DNA of 62,440 nucleotides, taken from the NCBI GenBank assembly GCA_038207685.1, contig JBBQZM010000001.1, positions 1 to 62,440 on the forward strand. The letters are read 5' to 3'. The translations under genes were made by a program, and so were the position numbers. How positions within the stretch are numbered: position 1 is the first letter of the stretch; each line of letters begins with the position of its first letter. Shown here piece after piece: positions 9,623 through 19,765 of this stretch. The notes below the pieces were generated by a model. It searched no databases. It was not told the DNA's origin and saw nothing but the letters and a program-made list of their open reading frames with translations. The DNA is from Burkholderiales bacterium. Its GTDB lineage: Bacteria > Pseudomonadota > Gammaproteobacteria > Burkholderiales > Burkholderiaceae_C.

Positions 9623-11917
9623 TCAGCGCGCTGCGTTGGCGTCGGCCACCGTCAGCGCGGTCATGTTGACGATGCGGCGCACCGTGGCCGAGGGTGTCAG
9701 GATGTGCGCAGGTTTGGCCGCGCCGAGCAGCACCGGGCCGACGGCAATGCCGCCGCCGGAGGCGGTCTTGAGCAGGTTGTAGGCGATGTTGGCGGCGTCG
9801 ATGTTGGGCAGCACCAGCAGGTTGGCCTCACCACTGAGAGTGGATCGCGGCATCAGGTCTTGCCGCAGTGCAGCGTCCAGCGCCACATCGCCGTGCATCT
9901 CGCCATCCGCCTCCAGCCAGGGCGCTTGCTGCTGGATCAGCGCCAGCGCCTGGCGCATCTTCACGGCTGACGGCTGGTTGCTGGCGCCGAAGTTGGAATG
10001 CGACAGCAGCGCCGCCTTGGGCTGCACGCCGAAGCGCAGCATTTCCTCGGCGGCCAGGATGGTGATCTCGGCCAGTTGCTCGGCTGTGGGGTCGTAGTTG
10101 ACATGGGTGTCGACCAGGAACACCTGGCGGCCCGGCAGGATCAGGCCGTTCATGCAGGCATAGGTATTGACGCCGGCGCGTCGGCCGATGATCTGGTCGA
10201 TGTGCGCCAGGTGCTGGGCGGTGCCGCCCCAGGTGCCGCAGATCATGCCGTCGACCTCGCCCTTGTGCAGCAGCATCGCGGCGATCAGCGTCAGCCGGCG
10301 GCGCATCTCGATCTTGGCAAACTGTTCGGTGACGCCCTTGCGTTCGGTCAGCTGGTGGTAGGTCTGCCAGAAGTCGCGGTAACGCGGGTCGTCGTCGATG
10401 TTGACGATCTCATAGTCGCGGCTGGCCTGCAGCCGCAGCCCCAGCTTCTCGATGCGCTGGGTGATCACCGCGGCGCGGCCCACCAGCCAGGGGCGGGCCA
10501 GGCCCTCGTCGACGATCACTTGCACCGCGCGCAACACGCGGCGGTCTTCGCCCTCGGCAAAGGCCACGTTGCGGCGCTTGGCACTCTTGGCCTGAGCGAA
10601 GATCGGTTTCATCGTCGTGCCCGAGGCATAGACAAAGCTTTGCAGCCGTTGCTCATAGGCTTCGAAGTCGGTCACCGGTCGGGCGGCCACGCCCGAGGCT
10701 GCGGCGGCGCGCGCCACGGCTGGCGCGATCTTCATCATCAACCGCGCGTCGAAGGGCTTGGGGATCAGGTATTCGGGGCCAAAGCTCAGCGTGGTGCCAG
10801 CGTAGGCCGCGGCCACCCGGTCATCCTGCTCGGCCTGGGCCAGTTCGGCGATGGCATGCACCGCGGCGATCTCCATCTCGTCGGTGATGGTGGTTGCGCC
10901 TGAATCCAGCGCGCCGCGGAAGATGTACGGGAAGCACAGGACGTTGTTGACCTGGTTGGGGAAGTCGGAGCGGCCGGTGGCCATGATGGCGTCGCCGCGC
11001 ACCGCTTTGACCTCGTCGGGCATGATCTCCGGGTTGGGGTTGGCCAGCGCAAAGATCAGCGGCTTGGCGGCCATGCTGGCCACCATCGCCGGCTTCAGCA
11101 CGCCGCCGGCTGACAAGCCGAGAAAGACATCGGCGCCGACAATCACTTCGGCCAGCGTGCGCAGATCGGTGACCTGTGCGAACTCGACCTTGTCCGGATC
11201 CATCAACTCGACCCGGCCCTGGTAGACCACGCCGGCCAGGTCGGTGACGAAGATGTTCTTGTGCGGCACGCCCAGCTTGAGCATCAGGTTCAGGCAGGCC
11301 AGCGCCGCGGCGCCGGCGCCCGAGGTGACGAGCTTGACCTCGTCGATCTTCTTGCCCACCACCTTCAGCCCGTTGAGCAGCGCGGCGCCGACGACGATGG
11401 CCGTGCCATGCTGGTCGTCGTGGAACACCGGGATGTTCATGCGTTCGCGCAGCTTGCGCTCGACGTAGAAGCAGTCCGGCGCCTTGATGTCCTCGAGGTT
11501 GATGCCGCCGAAGGTCGGTTCCAGCGCGGCGATGATCTCGACCAGCTTGTCGACGTCGGTCTCGTTGATCTCGAGGTCGAAGACGTCGATGCCGGCGAAC
11601 TTCTTGAACAGCACGCCCTTGCCTTCCATCACCGGCTTGGACGCCAGCGGGCCGATGTTGCCCAGGCCCAGCACCGCAGTGCCGTTGGTGACCACGGCCA
11701 CCAGGTTGCCGCGCGAGGTATAGCGCCAGGCGTTGGCCGGGTCGGCCACGATCTCCTCGCAGGCCGCCGCTACGCCCGGCGAATAGGCCAGTGCCAGGTC
11801 GCGCTGATTGACCATCTGCTTGGTGGCGGCAACGGCCACCTTGCCCGGCGTCGGGAACTCGTGGTACTCGAGCGCTGCACGCCGCAACTCGGCGCTTTTT
11901 TCTTCGGAGGTGGGCAT
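9623..11917 (-). CDS. maeB: NADP-dependent malic enzyme MaeB (malic enzyme + PTA-like domain)
   Basis: [51 protein letters not shown], followed by PTA-like domain; start at MPTSEEK. Confidence 0.97.
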   Translation of the reverse strand: MPTSEEKSAELRRAALEYHEFPTPGKVAVAATKQMVNQRDLALAYSPGVAAACEEIVADPANAWRYTSRGNLVAVVTNGTAVLGLGNIGPLASKPVMEGKGVLFKKFAGIDVFDLEINETDVDKLVEIIAALEPTFGGINLEDIKAPDCFYVERKLRERMNIPVFHDDQHGTAIVVGAALLNGLKVVGKKIDEVKLVTSGAGAAALACLNLMLKLGVPHKNIFVTDLAGVVYQGRVELMDPDKVEFAQVTDLRTLAEVIVGADVFLGLSAGGVLKPAMVASMAAKPLIFALANPNPEIMPDEVKAVRGDAIMATGRSDFPNQVNNVLCFPYIFRGALDSGATTITDEMEIAAVHAIAELAQAEQDDRVAAAYAGTTLSFGPEYLIPKPFDARLMMKIAPAVARAAAASGVAARPVTDFEAYEQRLQSFVYASGTTMKPIFAQAKSAKRRNVAFAEGEDRRVLRAVQVIVDEGLARPWLVGRAAVITQRIEKLGLRLQASRDYEIVNIDDDPRYRDFWQTYHQLTERKGVTEQFAKIEMRRRLTLIAAMLLHKGEVDGMICGTWGGTAQHLAHIDQIIGRRAGVNTYACMNGLILPGRQVFLVDTHVNYDPTAEQLAEITILAAEEMLRFGVQPKAALLSHSNFGASNQPSAVKMRQALALIQQQAPWLEADGEMHGDVALDAALRQDLMPRSTLSGEANLLVLPNIDAANIAYNLLKTASGGGIAVGPVLLGAAKPAHILTPSATVRRIVNMTALTVADANAAR

Positions 11918-12118
11918 GGGCTCTCTCTGCGGCAGGTGGGCGAGGTGGGGGGAAGATTTTAGGTGTCGCAACGGCGTGGCAGCGGCATGGCAATGCAGGC
12001 GGCTGCGCCCGCGCGCTGTGGGGCGCAGTGGGGCTGAGTGTGAGGCCGACGCCGGCGGCGGTTCATGCGCGAAACTGCGTAGCGGCTTGAACCTCTCGTC
12101 CACCCATACTCGTCACGC

Positions 12119-14176
12119 ATGAGTTCCCCAGCGCCGAACGCCCGCCCCCGCCTGTTGTTGTGGGCCGTGTTGATCGTGCTGCTGGGCGTCGCGCTGTCGC
12201 TGCTGGTGGTGCTGACGCTGGGTTATGAGCATGCTCGGGCGCTGGACCGTACCGAAGATGTGACCACCACGGTGCAGCATGAACTGCGCCGCCGCAGCCA
12301 GCGTGTGCTGCAGAACCTGCAGGCGCTGCATGAGCAGCCCGAGGACGCCCGCGCCTGGGCCCGCCACGCCGACGTGCTGCTGCGCGCCCAGCGCGAGATC
12401 GCCCGGGTGGAGCGGCGCGACCGGCGCATGCGTGTGCTGGAGTTCGCTGACACGCCGTTCCGCGAGCCCTTGTTTCAGCGCATGCCCCGTGCCGAAATGG
12501 AGGCCGAGGCCGAACTGGCTTGCGGCGGCGCGCGGCGCCTGATGTCGCCGGTGTTCTCGCGCAGCCAGTTCGTGCCGCTGGCCGCCGGCTTGGGTGTGGA
12601 GATCATCGATGTCTGCGTGCCGATGCAGGAGGCGGGTGAACTGGCGGGCTTCATCGTCGCCACCGTGGTGCTGCCCACCCTGCTTGACGAGGTGGCCGGT
12701 GGCGAAATCGGCCGCGGCAACGAATTGTCCTTCGTCGAAGGTGACGGCACGCGGCTGGCGCGCAGCGGCGTGGTGCGCGGCGCCGGTGTGTTTGTCGCGG
12801 AGCGCCTGGTCGAGCTGCCGGGTACACCCTTGCGGCTGAAGGTGGATGCAGCGGATCGCGGCCCCAGCCTGATACCCAACCTGGCCACTGCGCTGGTGCT
12901 GGGTCTGTCGCTGGCACTGACCGCCGTGGTGCTGCTGCTGGTGCGCGACGGCCGCCGGCGCGCCGCGGCCGAGGCCGCGCTGGCCGAGGCACTGGCCTTT
13001 CGCCGGGCGATGGAAGACTCGCTGCTGACCGGCCTGCGCGCGCGCGACCGCGACGGCCGCATCGTCTATGTCAACCCGGCCTTCTGCAAGATGGTGGGCT
13101 TCAGCGCCGAGGAACTGCAGCAGGCCGATCCGCCGCCCTATTGGCCGCCCGAACTGGTGGACGAGTACCGCCAGCGCCAGGTCGAGCGCCTGGCCGCCAG
13201 CGTCGATGCCAACCAGCCGCACCCGGGTTATGAGACGGTGTTCATGCGCAAGAACGGCGAGCGCATCCCGGTGATGATCTACGAGGCGCCACTGGTCACC
13301 GGCACCGGCAAGCAGACCGGCTGGATGAGCGCGGTGCTTGACCTTTCGGCGCAGCGTCAGGTCGAGGAGTTGTCGCGCCAGCAGCAGGAGCGCCTGCAGG
13401 CCACGGCCCGGCTGGCCAGCGTGGGCGAGATGGCGTCGCTGCTCAGCCACGAATTGAACCAGCCGCTGTCGGCGATCGCCAGCTACGCCACTGGCTCGCT
13501 CAACCTGATGGCCGAGCCCGCGGTCGACGGTGCGGCCGACCCCGAGCTGATGCCCTCGCTGCGCCATGCCCTGGAGCGCATCAGCGAGCAGGCCGAGCGC
13601 GCCGGCCGGGTGATCAAGAGCGTGCACGACTTTGTGCGCCGCCGCCAGCAAGCGCATGAACTCACGCCGGCCGACGTGCTGATCGACTCGGTGCTGCCGC
13701 TGGTGCGCCTGCAGGCGCGCAAGGTGGGGGTGCGGATCGAGGTCGACGTGCTGAAGCCGCTGCCGCCGGTGCGGGTGGACCGTACGATGATCGAGCAAGT
13801 GCTGCTCAACCTGGCGCGCAACGGCATCCAGGCGATGGACGGCGATACGCCGCTGGCCGAGCGGCGGCTGACGCTGCGGGTGCGGCGAGCGCCCGCAGCG
13901 CCCGAGCGCTGGTTGCTGTTCAGCGTCATCGACAGCGGCGCTGGCATTGCCCCCGAGGTCGCGCAGCGCCTGTTCACGCCCTTCTTCACCACCAAGGCCG
14001 AGGGCATGGGCCTGGGCTTGTCGCTGTGCCGCACGGTGGTCGAGCAGCATGGCGGCGCGATGGACTTCGAGAACCTGCCGCCGCGCGCCGACGGACCGGC
14101 TGATCGCCCCGGCGGCACCGAATTCCGCTTCACTTTGCCGCTGCCGCCGGCCGCGCCACGCCCGAGCGGCGACTGA
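12119..14176 (+). CDS. PAS-domain sensor histidine kinase (DctS/FixL-like)
   Basis: Two TM segments, PAS (YVNPAFC.MVG, PPYWP), HELNQPL H-box, EQVLLNL..N, D.G.G, FFTTK..GMGLGL. Confidence 0.92.
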   Translation: MSSPAPNARPRLLLWAVLIVLLGVALSLLVVLTLGYEHARALDRTEDVTTTVQHELRRRSQRVLQNLQALHEQPEDARAWARHADVLLRAQREIARVERRDRRMRVLEFADTPFREPLFQRMPRAEMEAEAELACGGARRLMSPVFSRSQFVPLAAGLGVEIIDVCVPMQEAGELAGFIVATVVLPTLLDEVAGGEIGRGNELSFVEGDGTRLARSGVVRGAGVFVAERLVELPGTPLRLKVDAADRGPSLIPNLATALVLGLSLALTAVVLLLVRDGRRRAAAEAALAEALAFRRAMEDSLLTGLRARDRDGRIVYVNPAFCKMVGFSAEELQQADPPPYWPPELVDEYRQRQVERLAASVDANQPHPGYETVFMRKNGERIPVMIYEAPLVTGTGKQTGWMSAVLDLSAQRQVEELSRQQQERLQATARLASVGEMASLLSHELNQPLSAIASYATGSLNLMAEPAVDGAADPELMPSLRHALERISEQAERAGRVIKSVHDFVRRRQQAHELTPADVLIDSVLPLVRLQARKVGVRIEVDVLKPLPPVRVDRTMIEQVLLNLARNGIQAMDGDTPLAERRLTLRVRRAPAAPERWLLFSVIDSGAGIAPEVAQRLFTPFFTTKAEGMGLGLSLCRTVVEQHGGAMDFENLPPRADGPADRPGGTEFRFTLPLPPAAPRPSGD

Positions 14177-14265
14177 GCAGTTGTGAACGGATTCAGCCCG
14201 CCCGCGCCGCAGCCCCAGGGCAACCCGCGGGAGCGGCAGCGCCGGCTTGGCCGATACTTCCCGCC

Positions 14266-14928
14266 ATGTTGGCCAATCCCCCGAAACGCCCCCAAGGGCT
14301 GCCGGTTGTCTACCTCGTCGATGACGAAACCGTGGTGCGTGATGCGCTGGCCTGGCTGCTGCGTTCGCGACGACTGTTGTCCGAGGGTTTTGCCAACGCC
14401 GAGACGTTTGAGGAGTTCCTGGCCACCCGCGATCTGGCCGGCGACTGGCCCGACGCGCCGTCCTGCCTGCTGCTCGATGTGCGCATGCCGGGCACCAGCG
14501 GGCTGGTGCTGTTCGAGCGGCTGATCGAGCGCGGCCTGATCGAGGCGCTGCCGGTGATCTTCCTCACCGGCCATGGCGACGTGCCCACCGCCGTGGCGGC
14601 GGTCAAGCGTGGCGCCTTCGACTTTGTCGAGAAGCCCTTCTCCGACAACGCCCTGGTCGACCGCGTGCTGCAGGCACTGACCACCAGCGGCGAGGCCATC
14701 AGCCGGCGCCAGGCCCTGCGTTCACGCCAGCAGGCACTGGCCGAGCTGACCGAGCGCGAGCGCGAGGTGATGGCGCGGGTGGTGGCCGGCCTGGCCAACA
14801 AGCTGATCGCCGACGAGTTGGACATCAGCGTGCGCACGGTGGAGGTGCACCGTGCAAGGCTGTTCGACAAGATGCATGTGCGTTCGGCGGTGGAACTCGC
14901 CAACCTGCTGCGCGAAACCGACGGCTGA
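14266..14928 (+). CDS. FixJ/DctR-family response regulator (REC + LuxR HTH)
   Basis: VDDE, LLDVRMPG, FLTGHGD, EKPF, LTEREREV...NK.IA..L.IS.RTVEVHRA. Confidence 0.93.
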   Translation: MLANPPKRPQGLPVVYLVDDETVVRDALAWLLRSRRLLSEGFANAETFEEFLATRDLAGDWPDAPSCLLLDVRMPGTSGLVLFERLIERGLIEALPVIFLTGHGDVPTAVAAVKRGAFDFVEKPFSDNALVDRVLQALTTSGEAISRRQALRSRQQALAELTEREREVMARVVAGLANKLIADELDISVRTVEVHRARLFDKMHVRSAVELANLLRETDG

Positions 14929-14973
14929 TCCCGGCGGCCGTCGCAGCGCAAGCCTGCGTGACAATGCAGGCCC

Positions 14974-15957
14974 ATGGCCCTGGGCGAATTCGACCTCATC
15001 GCAAAGTACTTCACCCGGCCCACGCCGCGCGCGGTGCTGGGCATCGGTGACGACTGCGCGCTGCTGCAACCCGCGGCCGGCATGTTGTGGGCGGTGTCGT
15101 CCGACATGCTGGTAGAAGGCCGGCATTTCCTGGCCACGGTGCGGCCCGAACGTCTGGGCCACAAGGCGCTGGCGGTCAACCTCAGCGATCTTGCGGCCTG
15201 CGGCGCGCGGCCACTGGCCTTCACGCTGGCGCTGGCCATGCCACGCGTCGACGAGGTATTTCTAGCCGGGCTGGCCCAGGGTTTGTTTGAGCTGGCTGAC
15301 GAGCACGGCATCGAGTTGGTGGGCGGTGACACCACCGCCGGACCGCTCAACCTGTGCATCACCGTGTTTGGCGAGGTGCCGCCCGGCCAGGCCTTGCGGC
15401 GCGATGGCGCCCGCGCCGGTGATCAGCTGTGGGTCAGCCATGCGCCTGGCGGCGGCATCGGCGATGCGCGGCTGGCGCTGGAGGCCTTTCGCGGCCATGT
15501 CAGCCTGCCGGGCGAGGATTTCGAGCTTGTGCGGCGGGCCATGGAGCAGCCGCAGCCGCGCGTGGCCCTGGGCCTGGGTCTGCGCGGCCTGGCCAGCGCG
15601 GCGATCGATTTGAGCGACGGTCTGATGGGTGACCTGGGCCATGTGCTGCGGCGCTCGGGCGTGGGCGCCATGGTCGACGTGGATCACCTGCCGATCAGTC
15701 CGGTGCTGGCGCGCCAAACGCGACAGCAGCAACTGCAAAACGCGCTGGCCGGTGGCGATGATTACGAACTGCTGTTCACTGCGCCGGCAGCGTCGGCGCC
15801 GCAGGTGCTGGCTGCCGCTGCTGCCGCTGGCGTGGCGGTCAGCCGCATCGGCGAGGTGGTGGCGGCGCCAGGCCTGCAGCTGCGCGATGCGCAGGGCGCC
15901 GAAGTTCGGCTGACGCTGCCGGGCTTCGACCACTTCAGCGACGGCGTGCCGGCATGA
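14974..15957 (+). CDS. thiL: Thiamine-monophosphate kinase ThiL
   Basis: GEFDLI..YF, GIGDDCA, AVNLSDLAA.GA, GGDT, DLSDGL..DL, GGDDYELLFT. Confidence 0.96.
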   Translation: MALGEFDLIAKYFTRPTPRAVLGIGDDCALLQPAAGMLWAVSSDMLVEGRHFLATVRPERLGHKALAVNLSDLAACGARPLAFTLALAMPRVDEVFLAGLAQGLFELADEHGIELVGGDTTAGPLNLCITVFGEVPPGQALRRDGARAGDQLWVSHAPGGGIGDARLALEAFRGHVSLPGEDFELVRRAMEQPQPRVALGLGLRGLASAAIDLSDGLMGDLGHVLRRSGVGAMVDVDHLPISPVLARQTRQQQLQNALAGGDDYELLFTAPAASAPQVLAAAAAAGVAVSRIGEVVAAPGLQLRDAQGAEVRLTLPGFDHFSDGVPA

Positions 15958-16499
15958 GCGCCGCAATTGCCACCTTGCAAGCACCCCGCCGTGCCAGCGC
16001 CGGCTTCATGCTGCGTCATCCCGCGCGCTGGCTGGCGCTGGGCTTTGGCAGCGGGCTGTCGCCGCTGGCGCCGGGCACGGTGGGCACGCTGTGGGGCTGG
16101 GCCGCCTTTGTCATCGCCAACCCGTTTCTCAGCGATGGCCAGTGGGGCTGGGTGATTGGGGTCTCGCTGATCCTGGGCTGGTGGGCCTGCACCCGCACCG
16201 CCCAGCAGCTGGGCGTGGCCGACCCCGGCGCCATCGTCTGGGACGAGGTGGTGGCAATCTGGATCGTGCTCTGGCTGGTGATGCCCGCCGGCCTGCTCGG
16301 CCAGGCGGTGGCCTTCGGGCTGTTCCGCTACTTCGACGCCGCCAAGCCTGGCCCGGTGGGCTGGGCCGATCGGCTGTGCAAGCTGCGGCCAGGCCAGGCC
16401 ATCGGCTGGCGCCAGGGCTTTGGCATCTTGTTCGACGACCTGGTGGCGGCGCTGTGCACGCTGCTGGTGATCGCCTTGTGGCAGCGGCTGCCATGGTGA
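15954..16499 (+). CDS. pgpA: Phosphatidylglycerophosphatase A
   Basis: GFGSGL.P.APGT.GT, D.G.IV.DE, FR.FD..KP.P, G.GI..DD; follows thiL. Confidence 0.95.
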   Translation: MSAAIATLQAPRRASAGFMLRHPARWLALGFGSGLSPLAPGTVGTLWGWAAFVIANPFLSDGQWGWVIGVSLILGWWACTRTAQQLGVADPGAIVWDEVVAIWIVLWLVMPAGLLGQAVAFGLFRYFDAAKPGPVGWADRLCKLRPGQAIGWRQGFGILFDDLVAALCTLLVIALWQRLPW

Positions 16500-17017
16500 A
16501 CATCGATTCCCTGGTGGCCCAACTGGCCGACGGTCTGCGAAACCGCCAGGCGATGATGACCAGCGCCGAGAGCTGCACCGGCGGCCTGATCGCTGGCGCC
16601 TGCACCGAGCTGGCCGGCTCCAGTGACTGGTTCGAGCGCGGCTTCGTCAGCTACAGCAACGCCGCCAAGACCGATTTGCTGGGCGTGCCGGCGGCGCTGA
16701 TCGAAGCTCATGGCGCGGTCAGCGAGCCGGTGGCGCGGGCCATGGCGGCCGGCGCGTTGCAACGATCGCGCGCCCAGTTGGCGGTGGCTGTTACCGGCGT
16801 GGCCGGCCCCGGCGGCGGCAGCGTGGCCAAGCCGGTGGGCACGGTCTGGCTGGCCTGGGCCTGGCGCGATGCGAACGGGGTCGAGCAGACCGAGGCCCAA
16901 CTGCAGCACTTCGACGGCGACCGCGCCGCGGTGCGCCAGGCCACCATCGTTGCCGCGCTGCAAGGCTTGATCGCGCGGCTGCCGCAACTGCCCCCGGGGC
17001 GCAAGGGCGCCGCATGA
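16493..17017 (+). CDS. CinA C-terminal domain / NMN deamidase PncC
   Basis: AESCTGG, GSS.WF..G.V.YSN.AK, GAVS, TG.AGP.GG...KPVGTV; ATG at 16493. Confidence 0.92.
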   Translation: MVNIDSLVAQLADGLRNRQAMMTSAESCTGGLIAGACTELAGSSDWFERGFVSYSNAAKTDLLGVPAALIEAHGAVSEPVARAMAAGALQRSRAQLAVAVTGVAGPGGGSVAKPVGTVWLAWAWRDANGVEQTEAQLQHFDGDRAAVRQATIVAALQGLIARLPQLPPGRKGAA

Positions 17018-17964
17018 ACCTGCTGCTGGCCGGCGACTTCAGCGATGACGAGCGCGCTGAATGGGCTGCTGCGCTGAGCGAGGCCCTGCCCGGCCACCGG
17101 CTGTGCCTGGCGCGCGGCGAACTGTCCGATGACCAGATAGCCGCTGCCATCGTTGCCAACCCGCCGCCGGGCAGCCTGGCCGGTCTGGCGGGGCTGCGGC
17201 TGATTCAGAGCCTGTGGGCGGGGGTCGACCGCCTGCTGGGTGATGCCACGCTGCCAGACGGTGTGCCGATCGCCCGCATGGTCGATCCGGCGATGAACCA
17301 GGCCATGGCCGAGACCGCGTTGTGGGCCACGCTGGCTTTGCACCGCGGCTTCTTCTCTTACGCTCGTCAGCAGCAGTCTGGGCAGTGGCAGCAATGGCCG
17401 CAGCAGCGCGCCGACGAAGTGCCGGTGCTGGTGCTGGGCATCGGTCAGATGGGGCTGGCCGTGGCCAGCCGGCTGCGCCTGAACGGTTACCCGGTGGCCG
17501 CCTGGCGCCGCGGCCCGAACACCAATGAACCCGCGCTGCTGCCCGGCGTGCTGGTGCACAGCGGTGCCGACGCGCTGTGGCCGGCGCTGGCCCAGGCCAG
17601 GGTGCTGATCAACCTGCTGCCGCTGACGCCCGATACCCAGGGCCTGATCGACGAGCGCCTGCTGGCCGCCTTGCCACGCGGCGCCGGCCTGGTGAACCTG
17701 GCGCGTGGCGCCCATGTCGTCGACGCCGCCCTGTTGGCCGCGCTGCACAGCGGCCAGATCAGCCAGGCGGTGCTCGATGTCTTCCAGGTTGAACCGCTGC
17801 CTGCCGATCATCCCTACTGGCAGCACCCGCAGGTGCAGCTGCTGCCGCATGTGGCGGCGCAGACCGATGTCCGCAGTGCAGCAGCGGTGGTGGCGCGCAA
17901 CATCGAGGCGCTGGCCAGCGGCGGCGCGATTCGCCACCTGGTGCAGCGCGCGGCCGGTTATTAG
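17014..17964 (+). CDS. ghrA: Glyoxylate/hydroxypyruvate reductase A-like 2-hydroxyacid dehydrogenase
   Basis: AGVD, R.VD, LG.G.MG, NLLPLT..T, N.ARG, LDVF..EPLP..HP.W.HP....PH.A. Confidence 0.82.
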   Translation: MNLLLAGDFSDDERAEWAAALSEALPGHRLCLARGELSDDQIAAAIVANPPPGSLAGLAGLRLIQSLWAGVDRLLGDATLPDGVPIARMVDPAMNQAMAETALWATLALHRGFFSYARQQQSGQWQQWPQQRADEVPVLVLGIGQMGLAVASRLRLNGYPVAAWRRGPNTNEPALLPGVLVHSGADALWPALAQARVLINLLPLTPDTQGLIDERLLAALPRGAGLVNLARGAHVVDAALLAALHSGQISQAVLDVFQVEPLPADHPYWQHPQVQLLPHVAAQTDVRSAAAVVARNIEALASGGAIRHLVQRAAGY

Positions 17965-18044
17965 GCCAGCTTTGTCGCTGGGAGTCGAACTCTCCCCGCA
18001 AGCATGCGGGCAGTGCCTTCGGCAGGCACTCGTGAGTGCCTGCC

Positions 18045-19154
18045 TCAGCGGGCTTCGAGCACCAGGCGCGGGCTGGCGCGCAGCAGCGGCGCCTTGCCGC
18101 GCGGCGCCGGCGGCGCTGCCACCGCCTGCACCAGCAGCAGGGCCAGCCGGCGCAGCGCCTGCCAGGGGTCGAGCGGCCACTGCGGGTGCTTCAGGCCCTT
18201 GATCACGCCGTCGCAGACGCTGGCCGCCTCGACCAGATGCGCCAACTGGTGCTCGGCCAGCAGCGGCAGCACGCGCTCGTACAGCCGCTGCTTGAGACCC
18301 CAGACCCGGCTCTCGTTGAAGGCCATCGGCAGCGGCTTGCCGTGCGCCAGCGCGTCCTTCACCCGCTTGAGGGCGCGGATGTCCTCGGCCAGGCTCCAGT
18401 GCACCAGTACCGCGGCCTCGCCCTCGGCCTGCAGGCCGTCGAGCATGCGCAGCACCCGCGCCGTCTGGCCGGCCAGCACCGCCTCGCCAAGCTTGAAGAC
18501 GTCGTAGCGGGCGACGTTCAGCACCGCGGCCTCCACCTGCTCGAAGCCCAGTTCACCGGCCGGGTAGAGCAAGGCCAGCTTTTGCAGTTCCTGGTGCGCG
18601 GCGAGCAGGTTGCCCTCCACCCGGTCGGCAAAAAACGCCAGCGTCTGCTGGCCGCGTTCACCCTCGGCCACCCGCTGACCTTGGGCGGCCAGGCGCTGCG
18701 CGATCCAGGCCGGCAGCAGCCGGCGCTCGACCGGCTGCACCGCGATGTTGACGCCGGCACGGTCGAGCGCGCCGAACCAGGCCGATTGCTGCTGCTGGCG
18801 ATCGAGCCGGGGCAGGTGCACGATGGTCATCAGATCGTCGGACAGGTGCTCGCAGTAGCGCTGCAGTGCGTCGCTGCCGTCCTTGCCGGGCTTGCCGCCG
18901 GGGATGCGGATCTCGATCAGCTGGCGTTCGGCAAACAAGCTCATGGCCTGGGCCGCACCGAGCAGCCCCGACCAGTCGAAATGCGCGCCGCTGACGCTGA
19001 ACACCTTGCGCTCGACATAACCCGCAGCCCGCGCCGCGGCACGCACCGCATCACCGGCCTCCTGGGCCAGCAGCGGTTCGTCGCCATGGATGGTGTAGAT
19101 AGTCTGCAGGCCGCGGGCGAGGTGGGCGGCGAGCTGTTCGGCGCGCAGTTGCAT
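18045..19154 (-). CDS. holA: DNA polymerase III delta subunit
   Basis: GDEPLL..E..D, SLFA.R, EGNLLAA.QE..KL; after lptE-leuS. Confidence 0.95.
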   Translation of the reverse strand: MQLRAEQLAAHLARGLQTIYTIHGDEPLLAQEAGDAVRAAARAAGYVERKVFSVSGAHFDWSGLLGAAQAMSLFAERQLIEIRIPGGKPGKDGSDALQRYCEHLSDDLMTIVHLPRLDRQQQQSAWFGALDRAGVNIAVQPVERRLLPAWIAQRLAAQGQRVAEGERGQQTLAFFADRVEGNLLAAHQELQKLALLYPAGELGFEQVEAAVLNVARYDVFKLGEAVLAGQTARVLRMLDGLQAEGEAAVLVHWSLAEDIRALKRVKDALAHGKPLPMAFNESRVWGLKQRLYERVLPLLAEHQLAHLVEAASVCDGVIKGLKHPQWPLDPWQALRRLALLLVQAVAAPPAPRGKAPLLRASPRLVLEAR

Positions 19155-19169
19155 GGCTTGGCTTGGTGG

Positions 19170-19751
19170 TCAGGGGCGCGCGGTGGCGCCGGTAGCCGGC
19201 AGCACGGCCGGCGCCAGCGCACGCGCTGGGGCCAGCTCAGCGCTGCCCAGCCGGCGCAGCAACTGCTGCACGATGTCGGTCTGCATCGCGGCGAACAAAT
19301 CAGCTTCCTCCCGGCTCTTGGCCAGCGCCGCGGTTTCGCTGTAGCTCATGTCACGCGACAGCCGCAACTCGCTGGGCTCGATCAGCTGGCGGCCGCCGGG
19401 CGACAGCAGCCTGAACTCGAAACGCACCCGCAGCTGCAGCTCGCGCACCTGGCCGGCGGCGGTGGAGGCCACCACGCTGCGCTCGCGCCGGTCGAGCAAC
19501 GACTGCAGCACCACTTCGGCTCGGCCGGGGGTGTCCACCACTTGCACCGTCTCACCCAAGCGCTCGCGCAGTTCTCGGGCCAGCGGCGAGCGCGTATCGA
19601 AGCCGGCCAGGTGGATGCGCTGGAAGGGCAGTGGCGGCGTCTGGCGCAGCGCGAAGCCGCAGCCCGCCAGCCCTGCAGTGAGGCCCAGCGCGGCGGCCAG
19701 CAGGCGGCGGCGCGGCAGCGCGGCGAGCGGGGTGGTGGCCAGGCCAGGCAT
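19170..19751 (-). CDS. lptE: LPS-assembly lipoprotein LptE
   Basis: Lipobox LAGC followed by GF.LR; LAK..E; between leuS and holA. Confidence 0.92.
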   Translation of the reverse strand: MPGLATTPLAALPRRRLLAAALGLTAGLAGCGFALRQTPPLPFQRIHLAGFDTRSPLARELRERLGETVQVVDTPGRAEVVLQSLLDRRERSVVASTAAGQVRELQLRVRFEFRLLSPGGRQLIEPSELRLSRDMSYSETAALAKSREEADLFAAMQTDIVQQLLRRLGSAELAPARALAPAVLPATGATARP

Positions 19752-19765
19752 GCGCAGCGCGTTGA

